Source: Spirochaetia bacterium
GTDB lineage: Bacteria > Spirochaetota > Spirochaetia > CADAEX01
Length of the DNA: 64,000 bases
Assembly (NCBI GenBank): GCA_963662265.2
Contig: CAXXHA010000003.1
Location: forward strand, 32,001 to 96,000
Direction: 5' to 3'
Shown here: positions 41,084 through 51,662 of the stretch, piece after piece
Layout: each line of letters opens with the position of its first letter
How positions within the stretch are numbered: the stretch's first letter is position 1
Program-made: the position numbers and the translations under genes
The notes under the pieces: generated by a model
The model's input: only the letters and a program-made list of their open reading frames with translations
Database searches by the model: none
Told to the model about the DNA's origin: nothing

Positions 41084-41954
41084 CAAAAATAAACTTAAAT
41101 ATGCTTATCTAGAAGGATATTCATCAATAATAATAAATATTTTTCTGTTTCTAGTTAAATACTGGGCAGGAGTTATTTCAGGTTCAATTGCAGTAATAGC
41201 TGATGCCTGGCATTCCCTTTCTGACTCACTGACATCAATAGTAGTTCTTGTAAGTTCACGGGAAACAGAAAAGCCGGCTGATATTGATCACCCGTTCGGA
41301 CACGGGCGGGCGGAACTTATCGGTTCTGTAATAATTGGTGTACTTCTTGCTGTGGTGGGATTTAATTTTCTTGTAGATTCTTCAAAAAGGCTTGTAAGCT
41401 TTGAATCGAGAAATTTTCCTACGGTTGTCCTTGTGGTTATTCTTGTTTCTGCGCTGATCAAGGAAGCCAGCGCCCAGTATGCTTTCTGGTGCTACAGAAA
41501 AACCGGGACCCATGCACTGAAAGCTGACGGCTGGCATCACAGAAGTGATGCTATCACTTCACTGTTTATTCTTTTCGGGATCTTTTTGAATAAATATTTC
41601 TGGTGGATGGATGGAGTTCTCGGTGTAATTGTCTCAGTTGTATTGATTTTCACAGCCTGGACAATTATCAAAGAGGGAGCAATGCCCCTGCTCGGGGAAA
41701 GCCCTGACAGAGAATTTATTGAAAGTGTTTCATCTGTTGTTGAATCTGTTTACCCTGAAAAAATATATATGCATCATTTTCATCTTCACAGGTATGGTTA
41801 CCATACTGAGATAACTTTTCATATATGCCTGCCGGGTGAAAAAAGAATTGTTGACGGGCATGAAATTGCAACAGTTATAGAAAATGCAATCAGGGATAAA
41901 CTCGCAATAGAAGCAACAATACATGTTGAACCACTGGAAGATCATTTTATCTAG
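41073..41954 (+). CDS. Cation diffusion facilitator (FieF-like) transporter
   Basis: ADAWHSLSD, HPFGHGRAE, HHRSD, TIHVEP. Confidence 0.93.
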   Translation: MTDNKNKLKYAYLEGYSSIIINIFLFLVKYWAGVISGSIAVIADAWHSLSDSLTSIVVLVSSRETEKPADIDHPFGHGRAELIGSVIIGVLLAVVGFNFLVDSSKRLVSFESRNFPTVVLVVILVSALIKEASAQYAFWCYRKTGTHALKADGWHHRSDAITSLFILFGIFLNKYFWWMDGVLGVIVSVVLIFTAWTIIKEGAMPLLGESPDREFIESVSSVVESVYPEKIYMHHFHLHRYGYHTEITFHICLPGEKRIVDGHEIATVIENAIRDKLAIEATIHVEPLEDHFI

Positions 41955-42089
41955 AAACTATTCTGCTGCTCTAATTGAAATAATTTTTAATATTTCCTTT
42001 TCTTTTGCATCGTCTGTATGTAATATATAAATATGTATATATAGGAATACTGCAGATGTCAGAAAATGACTCTGTAACGGGGGCAGAAT

Positions 42090-42266
42090 ATGAGTTTAAA
42101 ATTTTTAACCAATATAATACCGGCGGTTTTAGGCGGCGCGGGGGGCTTTTTACTCTATAAATATGTGGGATGTGTTACAGGTACATGCCCCATAACTTCA
42201 AATCCATGGTCTTCTGTTATTTTCGGCGCATTTCTGGGGCTTATGATTTCACAGTCATGGAGTTGA
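42090..42266 (+). CDS. Small membrane protein, DUF6132-like (58 aa; below the ORF-track cutoff)
   Basis: MSLKFLTNIIPAVLGGAGGFLLYKYVGCVTGTCPITSNPWSSVIFGAFLGLMISQSWS; GCxxGxCPITSNP motif. Confidence 0.8.
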   Translation: MSLKFLTNIIPAVLGGAGGFLLYKYVGCVTGTCPITSNPWSSVIFGAFLGLMISQSWS

Positions 42267-42355
42267 ACAGGGCGGGAGTTCTGTCTTCAAGCAGTTAAAA
42301 CAGAATATAAAATGGATAAACTGGAAAATAATGAAAGTTTACAAAGGGGTTGTAT

Positions 42356-42865
42356 ATGGCAAAAAAAATACTTGCACTTGTAGATGAAAAATATGAGGAT
42401 CTTGAGCTTCTCTATCCTGTCATCCGCTTGAGAGAGGCAGGTTATGAAGTGGTAGTCGCAGGTGATGAAAAGGGCAGGATATATCACGGAAAACACGGAT
42501 ATCCTGTAAAGTCTGATGCTGATTTCAGGAAGATTGATCCTTTACAGTTCGAAGGTGTTATTGTCCCCGGGGGCGGTGCTCCTGACAGGCTCAGAAGACA
42601 TCCTCAAGTATCTGAAATACTTAAGAATCTTGACAGCCGCGGAAAAACAATAGCAACAATCTGCCATGCGGGACATGTTCTTATTACTGCCGACCTGCTT
42701 AAAGGGAGAAGAATCACAAGCTTCTATTCAATAAGACCTGAGATGGAATTTGCAGGCGGAACCTGGTCAGACGAAAGTGTTGTTGTTGACCGCAATTTTG
42801 TATCAAGCAGAACACCTGATGATCTGCCTGATTTCATGAGGGAAGTTATTAAAAATATCAGCTGA
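42356..42865 (+). CDS. pfpI: PfpI/DJ-1 family protease/deglycase
   Basis: EDLEL.YP, GKHG, PGG.APD, ICHA, SRTPDDLP. Confidence 0.92.
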   Translation: MAKKILALVDEKYEDLELLYPVIRLREAGYEVVVAGDEKGRIYHGKHGYPVKSDADFRKIDPLQFEGVIVPGGGAPDRLRRHPQVSEILKNLDSRGKTIATICHAGHVLITADLLKGRRITSFYSIRPEMEFAGGTWSDESVVVDRNFVSSRTPDDLPDFMREVIKNIS

Positions 42866-43477
42866 GAAAGCTGCCTGCATATTTCAGCAGAGACAGCGAT
42901 ATTGTAAACATGCTGAGTGCAACAGCTGTATTCAGTATTTTCCATGAGAACGGCTTGCTGAAAAGCGGCGACAGTATCTTGCCTCCTATACTCAGCGCAA
43001 AAAACCAGAGGCAGGATGCTGTTACTGCTCCAGTGAGAAACCCTGTTCTGCTGCCTCCGAAACTATTGCCTATGCTTCCCAGGAGAACTACTGTATCGAG
43101 GTAAAGATGGGGATTGAGCAGGGATATCGAGAGGGTTGCAATAATTGCTTTTTTTTCTTGTATCTATCTTCAGAAGAGATTTTTTCAGTGAATTATCCCG
43201 GAATACAGATTTGATGCTTTCAGTCCCATACCAGAAAAGAAATACAGCCCCGAAAAGTGCGGCTGCAGCTGTGAAATAATCATTTTTCCTGAAAATAATT
43301 CCGAGTCCGGCAACCCCCTGCAGTTATGAGTACTGCATCAATAATAGTACAGATCAGGGGAATAACAATAAAATAGCTTTTTTTAATTCCCTGGCTCAGT
43401 ACAAATGCGTTTTGTGCCCCTATTGCAATTATCAGGGCTGCACCTGTTGTGAATCCGAAAAAATATGAATTTAACAT
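42858..43477 (-). CDS. argO: LysE/ArgO amino acid exporter (frameshifted)
   Basis: LIIAIGAQNAFVL.QG N-terminus; LLNPHLYLDTVVLLGS and WFFAL in the shifted frame. Confidence 0.88.
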
Positions 43478-43714
43478 TTTAATCCCCCTTAAATTCAGCT
43501 GATATCTTTGATCTGTTTTGAGCTTATATTTTGTTTTCTAAAAAACAGAGGGTTTTATAACAGGGATTTGAATGATCAAAAGAAAACATTGATTACTGCA
43601 AGATTCCGGATTTAAACCTGTATTATCCTCTTTTTAAAGAGGAATATATATTTTTCAGCAAGATTTGTAAAATTAATCTTTTTTTATATAATATAAGCTG
43701 TGCTAATATTATAT

Positions 43715-44618
43715 ATGTTTGATTACAGGCTGTTAGAAGAGCTTTTGCTTCGGTTATTTCTGAAAAGGGGTTTTGAAAAAGCATCTGATAAACTCGGATT
43801 GACACAATCTGCAGTCTCGCAGAGAGTCAGGCAGCTTGAAGATCTCATGGGGAAAAAATCCTTATAAAGAGATCGAATCCTCCTGAAGTAACAGATGAGG
43901 GGAAAAAGCTTTTTTCCCATTTCAGACAGGTTGATTTTCTTGAGAAGGAATATCTTAGAACTGAACACAATAAAAGCAGCAGTGAATATATTAAATTTCC
44001 GGTAGGTGTTAATGCAGACAGCCTCGGAACATGGTTTCTTCCTTCTGTTGCTGATTTTGTGAAAAATAAGAGAATAACGCTTGAAGTTATTACTGCTGAC
44101 CAGACAGAAACAGACAAGCTTCTTAAAAGCGGGGAAGTACTGGGATGCATCAGTTCCACTGCAAAATCAATTCAGGGGTGCAGGAAAGAATTTCTTGGAG
44201 TAATGCGCTATATAGCAGTTGCAGCACCTGAATTCCAGAAAAGATATTTTAAAAACGGGATTACAGTAAAGTCTCTACAGACAAGCCCCTTCTGTGTTTT
44301 TCAACAGATCAGATAATCTTCTGGAACAGTTTTTTTCTGAAAAATACGATGCCGATTTTAAAAATATTCCTGTTAATTACATTCCGTCATATGAAACATT
44401 TATTCAATCAATTGTAATACAGCTCGGTTTTGGAATTGTCCCTGAAATGCAGGCTTGAGAAATATCTGAAAAATAAATCACTGGTGAATATCTGTCCCCG
44501 GCATTTCATTAATCTTGAACTGTACTGGCATTGCTGGAATATTGAATCAGATATTATTAAACAATTCACAGCTGAAATGATCAACAAATCGGCAGCGTTT
44601 CTTTTAAAAAACAATTAA
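43715..44618 (+). CDS. argP: ArgP/LysG family LysR regulator (several frameshifts)
   Basis: MFDYRLL...[45 protein letters not shown]; divergent from argO. Confidence 0.85.
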
Positions 44619-44629
44619 AGTAATGATGG

Positions 44630-44713
44630 TTAAAGTTTTGTTGCTTTTTTGCTGAATACAATAATAAAATAAACAGCAACAGCTACAATAAGAGACAGCG
44701 CAATAAGAGCCAT
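44630..44713 (-). CDS. Putative 27-aa single-TM small protein
   Basis: AGGGGAGGT RBS then MALIALSLIVAVAVYFIIVFSKKATKL*. Confidence 0.55.
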   Translation of the reverse strand: MALIALSLIVAVAVYFIIVFSKKATKL

Positions 44714-45015
44714 GATCTTACCTCCCCTGTTTGATTTTTAATAACGGAGCAATCATGCGGTTCCTGAAAATGAGTTATGAGATATTGAAGAATACATATT
44801 CTGCTGACTTTTAATCCATTGCAGATTTTTTCCGGTTTTCATGTCTCATAACTGTATTGAAAATAATTGAAAGCCCGTTATTAAGTATAGTTTTTAATTT
44901 AATTCAGAGGGATATGATAAAATATTGAATATTTATGTAGATTAATGTCCATATTTAATGGAATATATGATGATGAGATGTATTTAAAATTTTACCGCCT
45001 TCTCAAATGCTTGTA

Positions 45016-45793
45016 TTAAGTAAAAAAACTGTTTTCACCAAATAATGTAAGATCTGTCCTGATTGGTGTAACAGATACTTTTTTTTCAATAAGAATTGTA
45101 TGGGCATCAGTTCCCTTTTCATGGACCTGTGGTTTGTTCAGTTCGAGGGACATTTCATCCAGTCGGGAACTTACAGTCCCGTTAGAAATAATATTGTTAT
45201 AGTATGGTTTGTCTGTAAGCCTTGTTCTTAGCCATTGTGTTGAGCTGTCTGCTGTTTCAGGTACATCTAATTTGAGAATTTCGAATTGTCTGAATCCTCC
45301 ATCTCTTTTAAATTTCTCTGTAAACATTTTCAAAAAATATTTAACCCGCATCCCAGTTGACTTCGCCGTAGTTGAAATGGTATTCAAACGGTGTCTGCAG
45401 CGAGGCAGCAATAGCAGGTATTCCTATTGATGCAGCTTCAAAAGCAGCGCCAAGTGTTCCTGAAACAGTTATATCAGTGCCCATGTTTTCACCATAGTTT
45501 ATTCCCGATATTAAAAGATCAGGTTTTTCCTCCCTGAATATGGTTGTAAAAGCATATTTCAGCAGGAGGGCAGGGGTACAGTCCACATGAAAAGCCCGGA
45601 TATCACTTTTTCCTGTATTTATGACTGTTTCTGTAAAATGCTGCTTTCTGCTTCCCTTGAGGCTTCTTCCCGCAGCTGTCTGCTGTTTTGTCGGTGCTGC
45701 AACGGTTATTTCACCCAGATCTTCTACAGCCTCAACTGCTGCTTTCAGTCCGGGAGAAAATACACCATCATCGTTGGTTATTAATATTTTCAT
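45016..45793 (-). CDS. surE: 5'/3'-nucleotidase SurE (frameshift near 45345)
   Basis: ILITNDDG, APTKQQT, SGINYGEN, SGTLGAA.EA, VSVTP. Confidence 0.93.
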
Positions 45794-45937
45794 GATTATG
45801 TATTATAACATTTTATATTTTTTATGCAAAACAAACATTTGAATCTTGCATACATAATTTACAGGAATTATATTCTGAAATATAGCAGTTTGCTAAAAAA
45901 ACTGATTACTTTTATAAAGGGTGATATAAGGATTATT

Positions 45938-46913
45938 GTGAATATATTAAAAATCATAGAAAAAGTATTCTCAGGGGAGTTTTTACCGGGAATTGCCTAT
46001 CTTTTATTTATAACCGGCTTTTTTACATGGATAATTGTCTTTGCGCTTCGATCGCTCAAAGATGTGAAAAACCGCAGGAAGAAAAGGCTTCAGAACAGAA
46101 AAGGGGGATTTTCACTGCCTCTCGATTCTGACAGTTCAAGCGCACTAAGGAAGATTAAAAAAAGCGGAATGGAAAGTATTGAAAGCCAGTTTTCAATAAG
46201 CAAGAAAATAATCATCCCACTGATTGTTATAATCGGCCTTATTATTGCATTAATCCCTTTCGTCTCCCATGTCCCTGCAACACTGCTGTCTTTTATTGTA
46301 GGTGCTTTCACTGTTGTCACCGGTATAACAGCGCGTCCTTTCCTTGAAAATCTTTTTGCAGGAATTGTTTTCTCTCTTCATCCCGCTCCCTGAATATAGG
46401 GGATACAGTGATTGTTGATAATAATTACGGTACTGTTGAGGATATCAGTCTCACTTACACTTCAGTAAAAACCTGGGACTGGAAAAGATATATTATTCCG
46501 AATATTAAGATGCTTAACAAGGATTTTCTTCAACCTTTCCCTGGTTGAAAAAAATCAGTGGGCCTACATAGAATACTGGGTTTCGTATAACAATGATCTT
46601 GATGAGGTTAAAGAGCTGTCTGTCAAGTGTGCAAAGGAAAGCAGGTATTATAATGAGGAGCATGATGTTGAATTCTGGGATAATGGGAATGGAAAAGGAT
46701 GCTGTCCTCTGCTGGCTGGCAGTATGGGCTGATTCCCCTTCAGATGCATGGGGATTTAAAAATGATGTGAGGACAGGTATTATCACTGAATTCCGCAGAA
46801 AAAACATTGAAATACATTCCATCAGCAGCCGTGTCAGTTTTATTTCAGAAGGAAAGGAACATAGTGTTTCTGATGCTGAAGTAAACATCAGGTCAAACAC
46901 TGATTTTAAATAA
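45938..46913 (+). CDS. mscS: Mechanosensitive ion channel, MscS family (frameshifts)
   Basis: TM helices, ENLFAG, then IGDTV.V...GTVEDI.L.YT..KTWD....IPN in the shifted frame. Confidence 0.85.
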
Positions 46914-46950
46914 ATACTTATTTCAGGAATATTACTTCTCTTTCATGATT

Positions 46951-46991
46951 AAAAAAAATACCCGTAATCCTGACTGCCGGATAACGGGTAT
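46951..46991 (-). terminator. Intrinsic terminator of the peroxiredoxin gene
   Basis: ATACCCGT...ACGGGTAT stem followed by a U-run on the minus strand. Confidence 0.7.
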
Positions 46992-47010
46992 ATATTGCCT
47001 GATGTACTGT

Positions 47011-47659
47011 TTATAGCGGTTTATGGCAGAACCACCAGTCATATCCGTCATACTGATCAAGACGCTTTGCTGCATCTGCTTCGCTTGTAGCAGGCGGTAT
47101 AATAACCCTGTCTCTTATAAGTTCATTTTCCGGCCATCCTGCAGGAACTGCAACTCCGTTGCTGTCCTGAAACCTGAAGCGCTTTTACAGCTCTTACAAC
47201 TTCATCCATATTTCTTCCGATTTCCTGGGGATAGTAAAGAACAAGTCTTACCTTGCTTTCCGGGTCTACAACAAAGACTGCCCTTACAGTGTTTGTACCT
47301 TTTCCTGGATGAAGCATTCCCAGCTTGTTAGCAATGTCGTCATTTGCAGCAACAATTGGAAATTTAATTTCTATATCGAGTTTTTCCCTGATCCATTCTG
47401 TCCATTTAATATGGCTGAAAACCTGGTCCACTGACATTCCTATGAGTTTTACTCCCAGTTTTTCAAACTGTTCAAATCTTTTCTGAAAAGCAACAAATTC
47501 TGTTGTACATACAGGTGTGAAATCTGCCGGGTGGCTGAAAAGGACAAACCATTCACCTTTAAGGTCTTCCGGTATGTTCATAGGTCCGTGTGTTGTGTTT
47601 GCCTTGATTGACGGGAAAATATCTCCAAGTAACGGCATGTTGAATTTTTTTTCTTCCAT
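47011..47659 (-). CDS. Peroxiredoxin, Prx6-type (frameshift near 47165)
   Basis: [24 protein letters not shown]; C-terminal DWWFCHK in the shifted frame. Confidence 0.93.
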
Positions 47660-47752
47660 AGTTTTTATCTCCTTGTTTTTTATATAAGAGTGCCTTATAA
47701 GGCCTGTCTTAATGTTGAACTGATCAGTTTTATCTGTTCTTTACTCATATAT

Positions 47753-47769
47753 TGCAAAATGCGTGCCAA
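47753..47769 (-). promoter_or_regulatory. sigma54 (-24/-12) promoter of the peroxiredoxin gene
   Basis: Minus strand TTGGCACGCATTTTGCA = TGGCAC-N5-TTGCA consensus; divergent sigma54 activator adjacent. Confidence 0.85.
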
Positions 47770-47830
47770 TTAAAAAGAAAAAAATAAATCGTTATAAAAC
47801 AGGAATTTAATATTTAATTCCTTGACATGG

Positions 47831-47867
47831 AACGATATATCGGTGAAACTTGTAACGATATGGCGTT
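47831..47867. promoter_or_regulatory. Tandem candidate upstream activator sites
   Basis: AACGATATATCGGT (47831-47844) and AACGATATGGCGTT (47854-47867): dyads 23 bp apart, upstream of the sigma54 promoter. Confidence 0.55.
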
Positions 47868-47965
47868 GCAACTAAATAAAGTTGTCCTTGATTAACTGAA
47901 GTGACTGACTTGCAATAGCATGAGCAGTCCTGATTGTATTTTAAAAATAAAGGTATATTGCTGAG

Positions 47966-49462
47966 ATGATTACTTCTGAAAATATATATTCAGGTATAAA
48001 TCCTGAAAAAGTACTGGAAATAATTCTGGAATCTCTCTATAAGCTGGTTGATTATGAACTTGCTGTTGTTATGGGAGTGAGTGATGAAAAAATACTTAAA
48101 GTTCTCAAAGCTGACGGACCTCTGTATATATCTGCGCTTGACAGGTTTGAAATATCTCTTTCCAAAAGGACAGATATTGCCGGATTGATTGAAAAAGGGA
48201 AAACCCATCTGTTCAGTGAAGAAGAGGAACATCTTGATACATATTATGAGCTTCTGGAAATGCCTGATAATCATTCATGTCTTGTCTCCCCTCTTTATGT
48301 GGATAACAGGGCAATCGGTCTTCTTACTCTCGATCACCGGGGATGCGGCATGTTTACTGAAAATGTTGTAAATCTAATCGACAGCCTGTCAAAGCTGATT
48401 GCAATTTCCCTGTCCCAGATGTCGGCAGTTAATGAGATGTACCGGGAAAACAGACTGCTTGCAGATGAAAGAAACAACCTCCTTGACAACAAGAGCGGTG
48501 CGCTTGAAATGCTTGTAGGCAATTCTGATAAATGGAACAGGGTCAAGGACAGCATCAGGCTTGTTGCATCGTCAGATACGCCTGTCCTTATTGAGGGGGA
48601 GACCGGAACTGGCAAGGAAGTTGTTGCAAGGGCTGTCCATTCTCTTTCGGCGAGGCATTCAAAACCTTTTATCGCTGTAAACTGCTCAGCAATCAGCGCA
48701 GCTCTGGCAGAAAGTGAGTTTTTCGGTCATGAGAAAGGATCTTTCACAGGGGCTGATTTCAGGAGAAAGGGGAGGTTTGAGATTGCTGACGGGGGAACTC
48801 TTTTTCTTGATGAGGTTGGGGATCTCCCTGCGGAAATTCAGCCGAAGCTTCTTCGTGTCCTTCAGGAGGGGTGTTTTGAAAGGGTAGGCGGGGAAAAACA
48901 GGTTTTTACAGATGTGAGAATTATTGCAGCAACAAATGTAAACCTTATCAATGCTGTCCGAAAGGGAAAGTTCCGGGAAGATCTATACTACAGGCTCAGT
49001 GTGTTTCCCCTGCATCTGCCCCCTTTGAGAGAACGTGAAGCAGACATCATTCTGCTTGCAGATTATTTTTTGAATCAGATAAAAAAGAGGCTGGGGCGTG
49101 ATATTTCTATTTCTGACAGGGCGCTTTCTGTCATTGCTTCATCTGAGTGGAAGGGGAATGTTAGGGAGCTTCAGAACTGTATGGAACGGGCAGTTATACT
49201 TTCCGGCGGAGGTATTATAGATAGGGAGCATATAAGAATTTCAGATCCAGGATCTCTATCCGGTTATAAAACCAGCGACTCTTCAGCCGGAAGTGACGAT
49301 GAGATATCTGATCTTGATTCTGTTGTGAGGAATCATATTCTGAAAACATTGGCCTACTGCGGCGGAAGGATATACGGTAAGGGGGGAGCAGCAGAAATCC
49401 TTGATCTGAAGCCCACGACTCTTCAGAGCAGAATGAAAAAACTGGGTATTAAAAAAAGTTGA
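47966..49462 (+). CDS. sigma54 enhancer-binding protein, GAF-AAA+-HTH (NorR-like)
   Basis: GETGTGKE, ESEFFGHEKGSFTGA, LFLDE, FREDLYYRL, WKGNVREL; GAF with D.Y...HSC...LTLD as in NorR. Confidence 0.92.
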   Translation: MITSENIYSGINPEKVLEIILESLYKLVDYELAVVMGVSDEKILKVLKADGPLYISALDRFEISLSKRTDIAGLIEKGKTHLFSEEEEHLDTYYELLEMPDNHSCLVSPLYVDNRAIGLLTLDHRGCGMFTENVVNLIDSLSKLIAISLSQMSAVNEMYRENRLLADERNNLLDNKSGALEMLVGNSDKWNRVKDSIRLVASSDTPVLIEGETGTGKEVVARAVHSLSARHSKPFIAVNCSAISAALAESEFFGHEKGSFTGADFRRKGRFEIADGGTLFLDEVGDLPAEIQPKLLRVLQEGCFERVGGEKQVFTDVRIIAATNVNLINAVRKGKFREDLYYRLSVFPLHLPPLREREADIILLADYFLNQIKKRLGRDISISDRALSVIASSEWKGNVRELQNCMERAVILSGGGIIDREHIRISDPGSLSGYKTSDSSAGSDDEISDLDSVVRNHILKTLAYCGGRIYGKGGAAEILDLKPTTLQSRMKKLGIKKS

Positions 49463-49625
49463 AATAAAGTCTGCGGTAAGTGATAAAATGAACTATTATT
49501 TTTACTGGTAGCATAAAAGATTAAAGATAAAAACTTGTTAACAGTCAGGGACTTTCCAACAGGAAAGTGCCTGAAAGCGATATGAAGAAATGATAACATT
49601 TTTACCATTGCATAGGAGTAAAAGT

Positions 49626-50300
49626 ATGAAATTATTAAAAATACTGATTGTAATTGTCTGTATGCTTGTCTGTATTTTCCAGGCTTTTTCTTCAGGGGGG
49701 GAAGAAGATAAAGACGATATATATATATTTGACGGCAGGATCAGCTATGCAGACGGAGATGTTTATTTAAACGGAAAAGAGGCTGAAATCGGCGATTCTG
49801 TAAATAACAGTGACCTGGTGGAAACCGGAACAGATTCTGTCTGTGAAATAATATTTAATGAAAGAAATATTATACAGCTGGGTCCCGGAAGTCTTTTTGA
49901 AGTGGGAAGCAGCAGAAAAATTGATTTTTCCCTTGAAAAGGGAAGTCTTTCTGCAGTTGCTGATAAGCTAAACATGATTGCCGGAACTAAAGAAAGACTT
50001 GCTGTCAGGACTCCTTCTGCAGTTATCGGAGTCAGGGGAACGCTCTTCTTTGTTAAAGTTGAAGATGAAAACAACTCCTATCTCTGCATTTGCAACGGCA
50101 CCGCAAATACATACAAGGGTGACGGCAGGAGCCGTATCAAAATCAAGGCTGATCATCACAAGGCAGTCCGGTTTACCAGATCCGGCGACAGTTACAAAAG
50201 AAGCAGTGCAGGGCTTTTGTATCATGATGATGAATCCATGGAAAAACTTGCAGAGAAAATAAATGTCAGAGTTGACTGGGGGAGCGGAAAGGCATATTAG
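49626..50300 (+). CDS. Exported FecR-domain protein
   Basis: Signal peptide; D.VETG.DS.CEI.F, VRTPSAVIGVRGT.F motif. Confidence 0.8.
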   Translation: MKLLKILIVIVCMLVCIFQAFSSGGEEDKDDIYIFDGRISYADGDVYLNGKEAEIGDSVNNSDLVETGTDSVCEIIFNERNIIQLGPGSLFEVGSSRKIDFSLEKGSLSAVADKLNMIAGTKERLAVRTPSAVIGVRGTLFFVKVEDENNSYLCICNGTANTYKGDGRSRIKIKADHHKAVRFTRSGDSYKRSSAGLLYHDDESMEKLAEKINVRVDWGSGKAY

Positions 50301-50405
50301 TAAAATTTTTGAAGTATTCTGACAGTCATTTATATTTTCTGCTGTTTTTTACCTTTCTGCGGAAAAGAAACAGCAGAAAATAACTGTAAAAACTGTTTCA
50401 GGCTT

Positions 50406-51083
50406 TTACCTGAAATTATAATCAGGATCTGTGATTGCACCGCCTCTTTCCATTTTCGAGTCCCTTATTCTTTCATAATCAGTTTCACTTAAAAATTCAG
50501 GAGAGTATTTCCCGCCCGACCTTGAAAGCTGCCTGCTGAAAGATCTCAGATGATTCCGGGAACCTTTCATGAGATTCTGGTATGTTATTTTGATATCTTT
50601 GTTATTGCTTATTCCTATTTCATCCATGAGATCTTTAATATCTTTCTCCTCGACAAGAAGTGCATTTTCAAGTGCCTTTTCATAGGATTTCATCCCTTCA
50701 TCAAGAAGATCTGAGTATAGTTTTTCAAGATCGCTGTTTTTAAAGCTGCTGCTTCCTGATGGCTCCGGAAGAGGCACATCATATCTTTCAAGCAGATATT
50801 TTACTGCATCCATGTGTGTCTGCTCACTCCTTGAAATATTTCTGAAAATATTTTTTCCCCATTTATCATAAAGTGAGGCATAAAAATCCCTTGCAAGCTT
50901 TTCCTCCTCATAGAGAAAGAGAAGACCCATTTTTTCCTCATTGGAAAGTTCTTCTTTTTCTGTCTGTTGTATTACAGATTTCAGGTTGGAATCTGTTCTG
51001 TTTCCTTTTGCCTGAGCATTTGCATTAAGCACAGGAACAAGCATTACTGCTGTCAGCAGTATCAAGATTATTCTGTTTTTCAT
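50406..51083 (-). CDS. DUF2202 ferritin-like exported protein
   Basis: EEEKLARD.Y, F.NI..SEQTHM, EEKDI.DL, GSRNHLRSF; signal peptide. Confidence 0.88.
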   Translation of the reverse strand: MKNRIILILLTAVMLVPVLNANAQAKGNRTDSNLKSVIQQTEKEELSNEEKMGLLFLYEEEKLARDFYASLYDKWGKNIFRNISRSEQTHMDAVKYLLERYDVPLPEPSGSSSFKNSDLEKLYSDLLDEGMKSYEKALENALLVEEKDIKDLMDEIGISNNKDIKITYQNLMKGSRNHLRSFSRQLSRSGGKYSPEFLSETDYERIRDSKMERGGAITDPDYNFR

Positions 51084-51662
51084 GTTAATCTCCTCTACGC
51101 TTTATTAACACTTCCTTTCAGGAAGTCTCTGTAGCTAATGATAAAAACAAGGTTTTTATCATTTCTTCTTTCACGTTTTCGAGCACTTTTGTAATCAAAA
51201 GTCTCTGACTTCTGCTGAAAAACAGGTTTTTCAGCAGAACACCTGTAACCGTGTTTCAATATTAATATTATTATAATATGTGTAGGGGGTTTTCAGAAAT
51301 CATGAAGATTCTGTGAAGTTGAAAGTTATTTTGTTTTCCCTGAAAATGGGTAAATAAGATGTGTTTTAAAAAACAAATTATACCTGTAGCCGAATATTGA
51401 TCATTTATTTTTACTTTAAAAAAGCTTCCCCCCTTAAGATTATGGCATTAAATCAGGGGAGAAGACAGGGAAAATATAAAAGGTGTGGATTTATAATAAC
51501 AGCTGTTAAACAGCCGGTATAACCTGTATTTAACAGACTGCTGCCTGTTAAACACTGCTGATCTGTAACAGTTTTGCCGGATCAGCAGGATTATCTGATA
51601 TTTATATCAACCTGATATAAATATCTTTCAGTTTTTTATCCAGTTTATGACTGGATAATTTC

